A stretch of 64,000 bases of DNA from Candidatus Woesearchaeota archaeon (GTDB lineage Archaea; Nanobdellota; Nanobdellia; Woesearchaeales; JACQSR01): NCBI GenBank assembly GCA_016211215.1, contig JACQSR010000028.1:11423-75422 (forward strand), given 5' to 3'. Position numbers and translations under genes: made by a program. Below are positions 1-8,022 of this stretch, one piece after another (positions within the stretch are counted from its first letter, which is position 1; each line of letters begins with the position of its first letter). The notes under the pieces are model-generated. The model did not search any database. It was not told the origin of the DNA and was given only the letters and a program-made list of their open reading frames with translations.

Positions 1-180
1 TTCTTCTTTTCCCCAATCAGTTCCTTGAATTCCAATTCCTCATCAGATTCCAGTTCGTATCCCATTCCCAAACCCCAGGTATCTATGTCTGTTTTAACTA
101 TAAAAACCTATCCCGTATATTTTGGTGATAATGGCCAAAAAAGGAAGAGTTTATATATCAGATGGCACATTTGTCCCATA

Positions 181-621
181 ATGGACCAAAAAGACTGGCA
201 GATTGTAAGAATCCTGCAGGAGCACGGAGACTACACGACACGGCAGATAGCCAGGCGCACATTAATACCATCGACAACAATAAACAACCGAATCAGGCGG
301 ATGAAAAAAGAGGGTATAATAAAAAAATACACCATAGTGCTTGACAACAGGAAGATTGGAATAGGCTTCCTTGCATATATCCTGATATCAGTTGACTTGG
401 CATTCCTGAAGCAGAAGAAAAAAACCGAGATTGAAATAGCAGAGGATATAAGGAGGCTTCCGTTCGTGGAGCGTGTTGACGTGGTTACGGGAACAACAGA
501 CCTCATAGCGCTTATCAGGGCAAGGGACGTTGAGGAATTCAACCACGCCATTCTCAAGAAAATAAGCACCCTGGACGGAATCAAGCAGACCCAGTCCATG
601 ATTGTCCTGGACGAAAAATAG
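181..621 (+). CDS. Lrp/AsnC family transcriptional regulator
   Basis: ORF 25..621 trimmed to ATG 181 (MDQKDWQIVRILQEHGDYTTRQIARR...). It has an N-terminal HTH and a C-terminal RAM-like domain. A TATA-like TTTATATAT sits at 150-158, about 25-30 nt upstream. Confidence 0.85.
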   Translation: MDQKDWQIVRILQEHGDYTTRQIARRTLIPSTTINNRIRRMKKEGIIKKYTIVLDNRKIGIGFLAYILISVDLAFLKQKKKTEIEIAEDIRRLPFVERVDVVTGTTDLIALIRARDVEEFNHAILKKISTLDGIKQTQSMIVLDEK

Positions 622-1053
622 CTATTTTATTTCGTAAACAAAACTGCCTCCTTTCGAAGGCTTAAAGTGCGCGTCAACGTCCTTCGAAAGCAGATAGCAG
701 AATACGCCGGCAACAGCCCCCCTGGTCAGTGGGTTCCTTCCATCGCTCAACGGGCTTCCCGAAACATCCGCCTTATGCGCATCAATCTTCAGCTTCCCGA
801 GCCCGAACGTCTCGAAAACATGCTCGACTATGCGCACCTTTTCCGCCTCGCCGTGGCTTATTTTCCTCATGTACAGGGTTATCTCCTCAAGCGTGCATTT
901 CTTTACAGGCCCGTAAACATCCTCTTTCTTGCTCAGTTCGGAAAGCAACGCCGAAGGAAGCATTATCTGGTCCACCCCAAGAACACCTATATTTCCATCG
1001 CCCATCCTGAACTGGTGCACAAAATCAAGCTTCTGCAAAAATGGGCTTATCAT
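622..1053 (-). CDS. hypothetical protein, possibly V4R-like small-molecule-binding domain
   Basis: Long ORF (622..1068). The internal ATG at 1053 sits about 25 nt from the TATA-like ATATTTATAAAA (1073-1085). The family assignment is a weak by-eye impression only. Confidence 0.4.
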   Translation of the reverse strand: MISPFLQKLDFVHQFRMGDGNIGVLGVDQIMLPSALLSELSKKEDVYGPVKKCTLEEITLYMRKISHGEAEKVRIVEHVFETFGLGKLKIDAHKADVSGSPLSDGRNPLTRGAVAGVFCYLLSKDVDAHFKPSKGGSFVYEIK

Positions 1054-1136
1054 GCGTGCAGTTTGCACCCCATATTTATAAAATTTTGCTCAGAAGCCTG
1101 AGAAAGTTTTATATACACTCCCCTGCTCTCATCATC

Positions 1137-1397
1137 ATGGAAAAAATAACAAGGCAGACAACAATACAGCAGATTTTTGACATGCACCCTGATAAGGCTT
1201 ACAGGCTGGCCTCAATTATGTCGGAGGCAGGGCTGCACTGCATCGGCTGTCATGCTTCGCTTTGGGAATCACTGGAGCAGGGCATGCTCGCGCACGGAAT
1301 GTCAGACAAGCAGATTGACGCCCTTGTGGAGCAGCTTAATGCAGAGGTTGCCGTTAAGGTACCCCTGAATCAGGTGAATGAACGGCTCAAAAAGTGA
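1137..1397 (+). CDS. DUF1858 / hybrid-cluster-protein-associated redox disulfide domain protein
   Basis: MEKITRQTTIQQIFDMHPDKAYRLASIMSEAGLHCIGCHAS... shows the typical CxxC-containing DUF1858 N-terminus. A TATA-like TTTTATATAC lies at 1107-1116. Confidence 0.6.
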   Translation: MEKITRQTTIQQIFDMHPDKAYRLASIMSEAGLHCIGCHASLWESLEQGMLAHGMSDKQIDALVEQLNAEVAVKVPLNQVNERLKK

Positions 1398-1405
1398 TTG
1401 CAGCG

Positions 1406-1669
1406 ATGGCAAAGCTTGTTTACGGGGACATCGAGAAAGAAGTCGGGGATAATTCTCCAATAAGGGACGTATGCACCGATATTGGCGTTCCATTTGGCTG
1501 CAGGAAAGGCGTGTGCGGCTCATGCGCGATTGAAATTCAGGAAGGCACAGAAAACCTCGGCAGCAAGAATGAAAAAGAGGTTAAAATCACAAAAGGCAAC
1601 GAAAGGGTAAGGCTTGCATGCCAGTGCTCAATCACCTCCGGCACGGTAAGGATAGTGAGGTTTGCATGA
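1406..1669 (+). CDS. 2Fe-2S ferredoxin-like protein
   Basis: CRKGVCGSC matches the plant-type C-x4-C-x2-C cluster motif, with a later ACQC. The ATG at 1406 follows the upstream stop; the GTG at 1394 overlaps that stop. Confidence 0.65.
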   Translation: MAKLVYGDIEKEVGDNSPIRDVCTDIGVPFGCRKGVCGSCAIEIQEGTENLGSKNEKEVKITKGNERVRLACQCSITSGTVRIVRFA

Positions 1670-2463
1670 AAACAATCTTCATCACGGGAGCATCTTCAGG
1701 CATAGGAAAGGCATGCGTGGACTTGTTCAGCAGCAAAGGCTGGAATGTTGTTGCCGCCATGAGGAATCCAAAAAACCCCGGCTGGCCCGATAACGTCTTT
1801 GTCCTGAAGCTTGATGTCACAATCAGGAAAGAAATTTCAGATGCGGTGAGGAAGGCGGAGGAAAAGTTCGGTAATATTGACGTCCTTCTCAACAACGCCG
1901 GCTTCGGCCACGTTGGCGCAATCGAATCGTTCTCGGAGAAGCAGATGCATGAAATTTTCAGGACAAATGTCTTTGGATTGGTGAATCTCACAAATGAAGT
2001 CCTTCCAAAGATGCGGAAGCGCAACCGGGGTGTTATAATAAACGTCTCCAGCGTGGTTGGAAAGATAACCTCTCCGTTGTCCGGCCTGTATTGCGCAACA
2101 AAGTACGCAGTTGAATCCATTTCAGAATCGTTGTGGCATGAGCTCAGCGGGACAAATATACGCGTAAAGCTCGTGGAGCCAGGGTTCACAAAGTCAAACT
2201 TCCACTCCAAAAGCATGGTTCGCGGCGATGTAAAGATTCCCTTCTACGAAGGCAGGATTGAAAAAAAGATGCAGAGGATGCTCAGTTTCACCGGCGCAAC
2301 TCCTGCGGAAGACGTTGCAGAGGCCATATTCAGTGCAGCAACTGACGCCAGTAAAAGGCTCCGCTACCCCGGTGACAAAAAGGCAAAATTCCAGCTCTGG
2401 ATGAGAAAGGTTCTTCCCGATTGCATATTCTTGAGGATTATAAACAGGAGATTCAGAAGATAG
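1666..2463 (+). CDS. short-chain dehydrogenase/reductase (SDR) family oxidoreductase
   Basis: TGASSGIGKA is the TGxxxGxG cofactor motif and YCATK is the catalytic YxxxK. The start overlaps the upstream stop as ATGA. Confidence 0.85.
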   Translation: MKTIFITGASSGIGKACVDLFSSKGWNVVAAMRNPKNPGWPDNVFVLKLDVTIRKEISDAVRKAEEKFGNIDVLLNNAGFGHVGAIESFSEKQMHEIFRTNVFGLVNLTNEVLPKMRKRNRGVIINVSSVVGKITSPLSGLYCATKYAVESISESLWHELSGTNIRVKLVEPGFTKSNFHSKSMVRGDVKIPFYEGRIEKKMQRMLSFTGATPAEDVAEAIFSAATDASKRLRYPGDKKAKFQLWMRKVLPDCIFLRIINRRFRR

Positions 2464-2559
2464 GTTGTTGGATGAAACTGAAAAGTTTACGGATTTACCA
2501 AGTAAACCTCCGGAAATTCCTGCGATGAATTTATTAAGCGGTTGTCCGTACCGGAAGGA

Positions 2560-3498
2560 ATGAAAAAGGCACTGCTTTTGATTGCCCTCGTTGCAATACT
2601 CTCAGTAATTGACGCCCCAAAGCAGGAGCAGGCAGAGTTGGTTGACAATCCGTTCCGGGTGTATTTTTGCCCGCGCCAGGATTGCCTTTCACCCATGTTA
2701 GCTGAAATGGAAAAGGCCTCTTCATACATCCACTGCGCGTTTTACGAGCTGAAATCCAAAGAGATTGTGGGGTTACTGGCAGCAAAATCAGCCTCCATTG
2801 ATGTCAAGCTTATAGTTGACGAAAACAACAACATTTCCGGCTCAAAGAGAGTTCCGGAAAAGAATACCATGCACAACAAGTTCTGCGTCATTGACGGAAA
2901 GACTACCATGACCGGCTCGCTGAACCCAACTCCACCAGGTTTTTCAAAAAACAACAACAACCTGCTTATTGTAAACTCAAGAAATGTCGCAGGTAATTAC
3001 GGGGAAGAATTCGAAGAGCTTTGGGCAGGGACATTTGGCGGCGGGGAAAAAACAAGGCATCCGAAAATGAGTGTCAACAATATAAGCATCGAGACATATT
3101 TCTGCCCGGAAGACAGCTGCGAGGCAAGGGTGATAAGTGAGATAAAAAACGCAAAATCCTCAATTTATTTCATGGCGTTCAGCTTCACCAGCGACGCAAT
3201 TGCAGACGCCATTCTTTCGTCAAGGGCTTCCTACAGGGGCATCATAGAAAAGTCCCAGAACTCCAGGTTTTCCGTTTACCCTTATTTGGACAATTCAAGA
3301 CTTGACTCCAACCCTTACCTTATGCACCACAAGGTTTTCATCATTGATAACAGCACCCTGATTACCGGCTCCTTTAATCCAACCCAGAACGGCAACATGC
3401 ATAATGACGAAAACATAATAATAATCAGGGATAGCAATGTTGCCAGGCCTTACCTTGAAGAGTTCGGGATTCTGTGGCAGGATTCGCTTCGCGGCTAA
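2560..3498 (+). CDS. membrane-anchored/secreted phospholipase D (HKD) superfamily protein, nuclease or phospholipase
   Basis: Two HKD motifs are present (HNKFCVIDGKTTMTGSLN and HHKVFIIDNSTLITGSFN). The N-terminal hydrophobic helix is MKKALLLIALVAILSVI. Confidence 0.8.
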   Translation: MKKALLLIALVAILSVIDAPKQEQAELVDNPFRVYFCPRQDCLSPMLAEMEKASSYIHCAFYELKSKEIVGLLAAKSASIDVKLIVDENNNISGSKRVPEKNTMHNKFCVIDGKTTMTGSLNPTPPGFSKNNNNLLIVNSRNVAGNYGEEFEELWAGTFGGGEKTRHPKMSVNNISIETYFCPEDSCEARVISEIKNAKSSIYFMAFSFTSDAIADAILSSRASYRGIIEKSQNSRFSVYPYLDNSRLDSNPYLMHHKVFIIDNSTLITGSFNPTQNGNMHNDENIIIIRDSNVARPYLEEFGILWQDSLRG

Positions 3499-3551
3499 AT
3501 AACCACTTCAACCCAACAAAATTTATATACCCTTGGCTGAATCAGCCTTAT

Positions 3552-4451
3552 ATGAAGCGTGCAATCATCGTCGGTGTAACTGCCCTTGATAAAATTGAAA
3601 CCCCATTTGGCAGCGTCCAGAACGTCCTCGGGGGCTCTGCAACTTATGCTGCATTGGCCTCAAGCATATTCTCCAAAACGGGGATTGTTGCACCGGCCGG
3701 AGAAGACCTCCCGGAAGAGCACCTTGAGCTTTTCAGTGAGAGGGGAATTGACATTTCAGGCCTTGAGCGCTCCGGAAAGGCGTTCAGGTGGGAGGGCTTC
3801 TACGAATTCGACATGAACGAGGCAAAGACCTTGAGGACCGAGCTAAACAACCTTTCCACTTTTCAGGCAAACCTGCCGGAAGATTACAAAAATGCAGAAT
3901 ACGTTTTCCTGGGCAACATAGACCCGAAGCTCCAGTTAAAGGTAATCAGCCAGCTAAGGATGCCGAAGTTTATTGCCATGGACACCATGAACTTCTGGAT
4001 AGAGCACCAGAAGAGTGATGTCCTGGAGGCGATAAAGAAAGTGCAGCTTGTTGTCCTGAATGACGGGGAAACCAGAATGCTGTTTGAGACAGTAAACCTC
4101 ACAAAGGCTGCAAAGGAGTGCCTTACTTTAGGCCCTGAGGCAGTTATAATAAAAAAGGGAGAGCACGGCGCATTGCTTTACACCAAAGACAAGCATTTCT
4201 CGGCTCCGGGGTATCCCCTTGAAGTCATAAAGGACCCAACTGGCTGCGGCGACAGCTTCGGCGGAGCCCTTATAGGATATCTTGCATCCTCTAATGATTC
4301 ATCCGACACCGCAATAAGGAGGGCAATCGTATACGGAAGCGCGGTTGCATCCTTTACAGCAGAGGATTTCGGCACTTCGAGGCTTAGAACACTCACCAGG
4401 GAGGAAGTGGAAAAAAGGTTCCGTGAATTCAGGGAGATGAGAGAATTCTAG
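3552..4451 (+). CDS. PfkB/ribokinase family sugar or nucleoside kinase
   Basis: DPTGCGDSFGGALIGYL matches PfkB signature 2. ATG 3552 lies downstream of the TATA-like AAATTTATATAC. Confidence 0.8.
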   Translation: MKRAIIVGVTALDKIETPFGSVQNVLGGSATYAALASSIFSKTGIVAPAGEDLPEEHLELFSERGIDISGLERSGKAFRWEGFYEFDMNEAKTLRTELNNLSTFQANLPEDYKNAEYVFLGNIDPKLQLKVISQLRMPKFIAMDTMNFWIEHQKSDVLEAIKKVQLVVLNDGETRMLFETVNLTKAAKECLTLGPEAVIIKKGEHGALLYTKDKHFSAPGYPLEVIKDPTGCGDSFGGALIGYLASSNDSSDTAIRRAIVYGSAVASFTAEDFGTSRLRTLTREEVEKRFREFREMREF

Positions 4452-5051
4452 ATGGATATTCCAAAGAACGTCAGGATACTGGCTGCTGCAAAAGGACGCT
4501 CTGCAGAAGATGTTCAGAGGGTAATTGACAGCGGGATAAAAATCATCGGGGAGAACTATGTTCAGGAAGCAAAGCAGAAAAAGCCAAGGCTGAGGGGAAA
4601 ATTTGAGTACCATTTTATTGGGCATCTCCAGAAAAACAAGGTCGGGGAAGCATTGAAGTTATTTGATCTTATTCAGGCAGTTGATTCTTTGGAGCTTGCA
4701 AAGGAGATTAGCACGAAATCAAAAACCATTTATCCGGTTCTGATAGAAATAAACAGCGCAAAGGAGGAAAGCAAGACAGGAGTTAGTCCTGAATATGCAG
4801 TTGAGCTAATCAGGAAAATTTCCAAGCTTCCAAACATAAAAATAAAAGGCTTAATGACCATGGGCCCAAAAGGTAATCCGGGAATTGCTTTCAGGGAAAC
4901 GAAGAACCTGTTCGACAAAATTAAGACCCTCAAAATTAACAATGTCGACATGGAAATCCTCTCGATGGGAATGTCTGATTCTTATAAGATTGCGATTGAG
5001 GAAGGGGCAACGATGGTGAGGCTGGGGAGGGTGTTGTTTGAGAGTATGTAA
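4452..5051 (+). CDS. YggS/PROSC family pyridoxal-phosphate homeostasis protein
   Basis: HFIGHLQKNKV and the overall alanine-racemase N-terminal barrel pattern are present. The start immediately follows the PfkB stop. Confidence 0.8.
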   Translation: MDIPKNVRILAAAKGRSAEDVQRVIDSGIKIIGENYVQEAKQKKPRLRGKFEYHFIGHLQKNKVGEALKLFDLIQAVDSLELAKEISTKSKTIYPVLIEINSAKEESKTGVSPEYAVELIRKISKLPNIKIKGLMTMGPKGNPGIAFRETKNLFDKIKTLKINNVDMEILSMGMSDSYKIAIEEGATMVRLGRVLFESM

Positions 5052-5075
5052 AATCATTTTGGCATCCGGCAAAAT

Positions 5076-5558
5076 TCAAGGCGAGATTTTCACATTAAAG
5101 TATCGCTTGTAATATCCCCTATCCCGCGTTAGCAGATAGTCCGCATGGTTTTGCGCATGTGCCCCTATAAGAAAATCAGTCATTATATGGTTTCTCCACA
5201 AAATTGCAGACTTGCACTTCTTGCAGGTAAAGCTGTTTGGCAAGCCGCACCTGGGGCATCTGACCTGCTTTGAGCCAGAGTACGTCTTCCACCCCTTTGC
5301 AGACAGGATAAGGTCTTCTTTGGTGAACTCCATGACATTTATGTCAAAATCCTTCAAAAACTCATCCAACTTTTTTTCTGCTATGCCCAAATCGCTAACC
5401 CTTAAGAAAAAAACGAGTAATTCTGAATAAACCAGGGGGCATATCATAAGCTGCCCTGAGCTAGACTTTTCCTCGAGCAACCGTATACTTGATTCTGAAA
5501 AACTGGAATCGCTGCCCAGCACATCAAGAAGGATGTTTGTGTCTATTGCACATATCAT
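5076..5558 (-). CDS. vapC: PIN-domain ribonuclease (VapC-like toxin) with inserted zinc ribbon
   Basis: The N-terminus MICAIDTNILLDVL is PIN-like. There is an internal CPRCG...CKKC zinc ribbon and an ATGA overlap with the upstream antitoxin gene. Confidence 0.75.
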   Translation of the reverse strand: MICAIDTNILLDVLGSDSSFSESSIRLLEEKSSSGQLMICPLVYSELLVFFLRVSDLGIAEKKLDEFLKDFDINVMEFTKEDLILSAKGWKTYSGSKQVRCPRCGLPNSFTCKKCKSAILWRNHIMTDFLIGAHAQNHADYLLTRDRGYYKRYFNVKISP

Positions 5559-5761
5559 CGCATGTCCTTCATAGCAGTCTCAGTACTGAGATTTCCAACA
5601 TAGCCCTTCCATTTTCCTATGGGAAGTTTCTTTGGCCTCTTCCGTATAAGCGCACCGCCATCTTCAATGTCAAATTCCACTTCATCACCCGGCTTTAGCC
5701 CAAGCATCTCTCTTACCCCCTTAGGTATGGTCACCTGTGATTTCTGAGTTAAGGTTGTCAT
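5555..5761 (-). CDS. vapB: AbrB/SpoVT-family antitoxin (VapB-like)
   Basis: SQVTIPKGVREMLGLKPGDEVEF is the swapped-hairpin AbrB/MazE motif. The gene is translationally coupled to the PIN gene. Confidence 0.75.
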   Translation of the reverse strand: MTTLTQKSQVTIPKGVREMLGLKPGDEVEFDIEDGGALIRKRPKKLPIGKWKGYVGNLSTETAMKDMR

Positions 5762-5774
5762 GGTAATACTTTTA

Positions 5775-5792
5775 TAGTAATACGTATTACTA
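5775..5792. promoter_or_regulatory. perfect 18-bp palindrome in the vapBC promoter (candidate operator)
   Basis: TAGTAATACGTATTACTA lies directly upstream of vapB. It is flanked by another GTAATAC copy and by TATA-like TTTATAG/TATTTAAAT. Confidence 0.45.
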
Positions 5793-5863
5793 TTTAAATC
5801 TTACTATATTAAGGCAAAGCATCCGTTAAAAACCAAACCTAATAGGAACAAAATCACTAATTC

Positions 5864-6592
5864 TTAATCACGGGCACTTTTCCAAAGCACCTCAAAAAAC
5901 TTTCTGTAAGACTTGGCTGCAAGTTCCTCGTCAATTAAAATCCCATATGGGTTATCTAGCCAAATAATAATGCCTACTCGGTTGCCGCTCACAATTGTTT
6001 CTGTAAGCCCTTCAAATTCTTTTGAGGTGTACCTCACCTCCGTTAACTGCTTTCTGCCCATCTTGCTTCCCCACCATCTCAAAGACTCATGGAAAAGAAG
6101 CCGTGATTTAATTTTCTTCCTGATTTTTCTAGCATAAAATCCATCCCAAAAATACGTTCCCATAACTTCATCCGATTTCTGCCCGCCACCATATGCCACA
6201 TCTTCTTTTACGTCAGTATCCAACATGCCATACAACAGCTCCCTTATTCCCCTTTTTCCCCTGTAAATTACCGCTTCAGGCTTCTTTTTCGCCAACTTCT
6301 GCTTCTCAAGAAGTTCCGGAAGCACCGACATGAATCTTCCCTTTTTTTCATCCAGAAAAGCAACCAGCAATTTTGGATTTACCGCCTGATAATGCTTCTT
6401 TTTCCCTTCCATCACATAAGTAATCAAGCCTTTTTCAATCAGCCTGTCAAGATTGCGATGAACAACGGAGTTGTGAAGGTTTGACTTTTCCAAGATTAGG
6501 CCAGCAGAAGAACTGCCTAATTCAAGTAACGCTAAGTAGACCTTAATCTCCGCATGGGTAAGTCCTATATCCTCAAGTATCGATTCATCCAT
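5864..6592 (-). CDS. TrmB family transcriptional regulator
   Basis: The N-terminal wHTH LTHAEIKVYLALLELGSSSAGLILEKSNLHNSVVHRNLDRLIEKGLI is typical of TrmB. Confidence 0.75.
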   Translation of the reverse strand: MDESILEDIGLTHAEIKVYLALLELGSSSAGLILEKSNLHNSVVHRNLDRLIEKGLITYVMEGKKKHYQAVNPKLLVAFLDEKKGRFMSVLPELLEKQKLAKKKPEAVIYRGKRGIRELLYGMLDTDVKEDVAYGGGQKSDEVMGTYFWDGFYARKIRKKIKSRLLFHESLRWWGSKMGRKQLTEVRYTSKEFEGLTETIVSGNRVGIIIWLDNPYGILIDEELAAKSYRKFFEVLWKSARD

Positions 6593-6706
6593 AGAAAAAT
6601 AGGATTGTGCATGGTATTTAAGGCTTTATATTTTATAGTCCCTTTCAGGAGGATAAAGATATTTAGATTGTAATTATGTTCTAGTAGTAATATGTAGGGG
6701 GACAAA

Positions 6707-7375
6707 ATGAGATTCAGAAATACGAAAAGGATTATAGTTGGCGCTGCACTCGCTGCAAATCTGATTGCAGAACCAGCGCATGCCCAGGAAAACTACCAAC
6801 AGCCACATGACAACGGTAGAGTAGAATTAAATCTCGGTTATAACGCATTAGAGGTTGCTGTTACCGACAAAGCAGATGTGAGGACTCGTGCATTGACGAA
6901 TGTAGATGCAACAATTGCCGACCGTCTTACAGTAGGATATCACGGCCTTAACGAGATTGACAATGTGGACCCAAATTCATACTATGGAAGGCACGTTATT
7001 ACTGTATCTCCAAAAGGTCCCCTAATAAGCGCTGCGGCAGTTATGAAAACCGATGCTAAAGGAGTCTTTGACAAAAAAGTAGGAATAAGAAACACATCGC
7101 TTCCTGAACTTCTTGGCGGCTATGGGTTTATAGATGTGACTGCAAATGGAGAAGGTGCAAACGCAACCGCATTTTACGGAAGGGATGTTGGGCCCATAAC
7201 CATTGAAGGATATCAAGACGTTGATATTCCTTATGGCGGCAAAGTGTCGTCATACTCAGAACTCATACTTACCAAAAGTGTCGACGGAAAGCTGAGCATT
7301 TTTGGAAGGGCAGAGATACCAAACAACCAGCCGGGAAAAACAAAAGGCATGATTGGGCTTATCTTTTCTTTCTGA
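6707..7375 (+). CDS. secreted beta-rich protein with outer-membrane-barrel-like C-terminus
   Basis: The Sec signal is MRFRNTKRIIVGAALAANLIAEPAHA|Q. The protein has alternating hydrophobic beta-strand patterns, ends in ...GLIFSF, and has an SD AGGGGG upstream. Confidence 0.5.
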   Translation: MRFRNTKRIIVGAALAANLIAEPAHAQENYQQPHDNGRVELNLGYNALEVAVTDKADVRTRALTNVDATIADRLTVGYHGLNEIDNVDPNSYYGRHVITVSPKGPLISAAAVMKTDAKGVFDKKVGIRNTSLPELLGGYGFIDVTANGEGANATAFYGRDVGPITIEGYQDVDIPYGGKVSSYSELILTKSVDGKLSIFGRAEIPNNQPGKTKGMIGLIFSF

Positions 7376-7386
7376 AAAAAAAGACC

Positions 7387-7439
7387 GGGATATTGGGAGA
7401 AAATATTCTCGCCTAGTGTTGGGGGTGTTCCAATATCCC
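7387..7439. terminator. 10-bp inverted repeat between convergent genes (candidate bidirectional terminator)
   Basis: GGGATATTGG (7387-7396) pairs with CCAATATCCC (7430-7439). A-runs flank the repeat on both sides. Confidence 0.35.
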
Positions 7440-7454
7440 AGCCAAAAAACGTGA

Positions 7455-7886
7455 TTAAAGCTCCTCCTTGAGGTTTATAGTTGCAATCATCGTAAGCGTG
7501 TTCTCTATGCCCCTCTGGCTTTTTCTGAAAGATATGATGAAATCGTTGAACTCCTCGACATCCTTAAAGCGCATCTTGAGCAGCAGGTCATATTCCCCCG
7601 TAATGCCAAAGACTTCCCTGACGTGCCCGTCCTGCAGAACTTTGTTCTCAAGCTGATATGAAGTTCCCCCTTTCACAAGCATGAACACAACGAAGTTTTC
7701 CCCAACCTCTTTGCTGTCCAGCCTTACCGTAAAGCCCTGGATGACCTTTCTCTCAACGAGCTGAAGCAGCCTCTTGTGGACCGTACTCGGCCTCAGCCCG
7801 GTTTTCTTCGCTATCTCCCTTATGGGCTCCCTTGAATTTCTCTTAAGCTCCCTGATAATCTTCAGGTCCTTGTCATCTAAACCCAT
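7455..7886 (-). CDS. Lrp/AsnC family transcriptional regulator
   Basis: LDDKDLKIIRELKRNSREPIREIAKKTGLRPSTVHKRLLQLVERKVIQGFTVRLD is the HTH_AsnC region, followed by a RAM domain. ATG 7886 is preferred over GTG 7898. Confidence 0.85.
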   Translation of the reverse strand: MGLDDKDLKIIRELKRNSREPIREIAKKTGLRPSTVHKRLLQLVERKVIQGFTVRLDSKEVGENFVVFMLVKGGTSYQLENKVLQDGHVREVFGITGEYDLLLKMRFKDVEEFNDFIISFRKSQRGIENTLTMIATINLKEEL

Positions 7887-7927
7887 TTCTCCCTCCACTG
7901 TCTACCTTATTTATAAACTTTTCTATT

Positions 7928-7967
7928 TTTGTCCATTTCTAACCTATTTTATTGGACAAATTGGACA
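7928..7967. promoter_or_regulatory. TTGGACA repeats / inverted repeat in the divergent lrp-ahcY promoter
   Basis: TTTGTCCA (7928-7935) is inverted relative to TGGACAAA (7953-7960). TTGGACA is directly repeated at 7952-7958 and 7961-7967, between two TATA-like boxes. Confidence 0.3.
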
Positions 7968-8022
7968 CAAAAGACAGAAATTTATATAAATTATCTATGA
8001 TATCTCCCACTGGGTGATTCGC

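Noticed and set aside
1-65. Possible 5' end of a minus-strand gene running off the window (ATG at 65: MGYELESDEELEFKELIGEKK...), with a TATA-like box about 35-40 nt upstream.
   Set aside because: Only about 21 codons are visible and there is no recognisable motif. That is too little evidence to call a feature.
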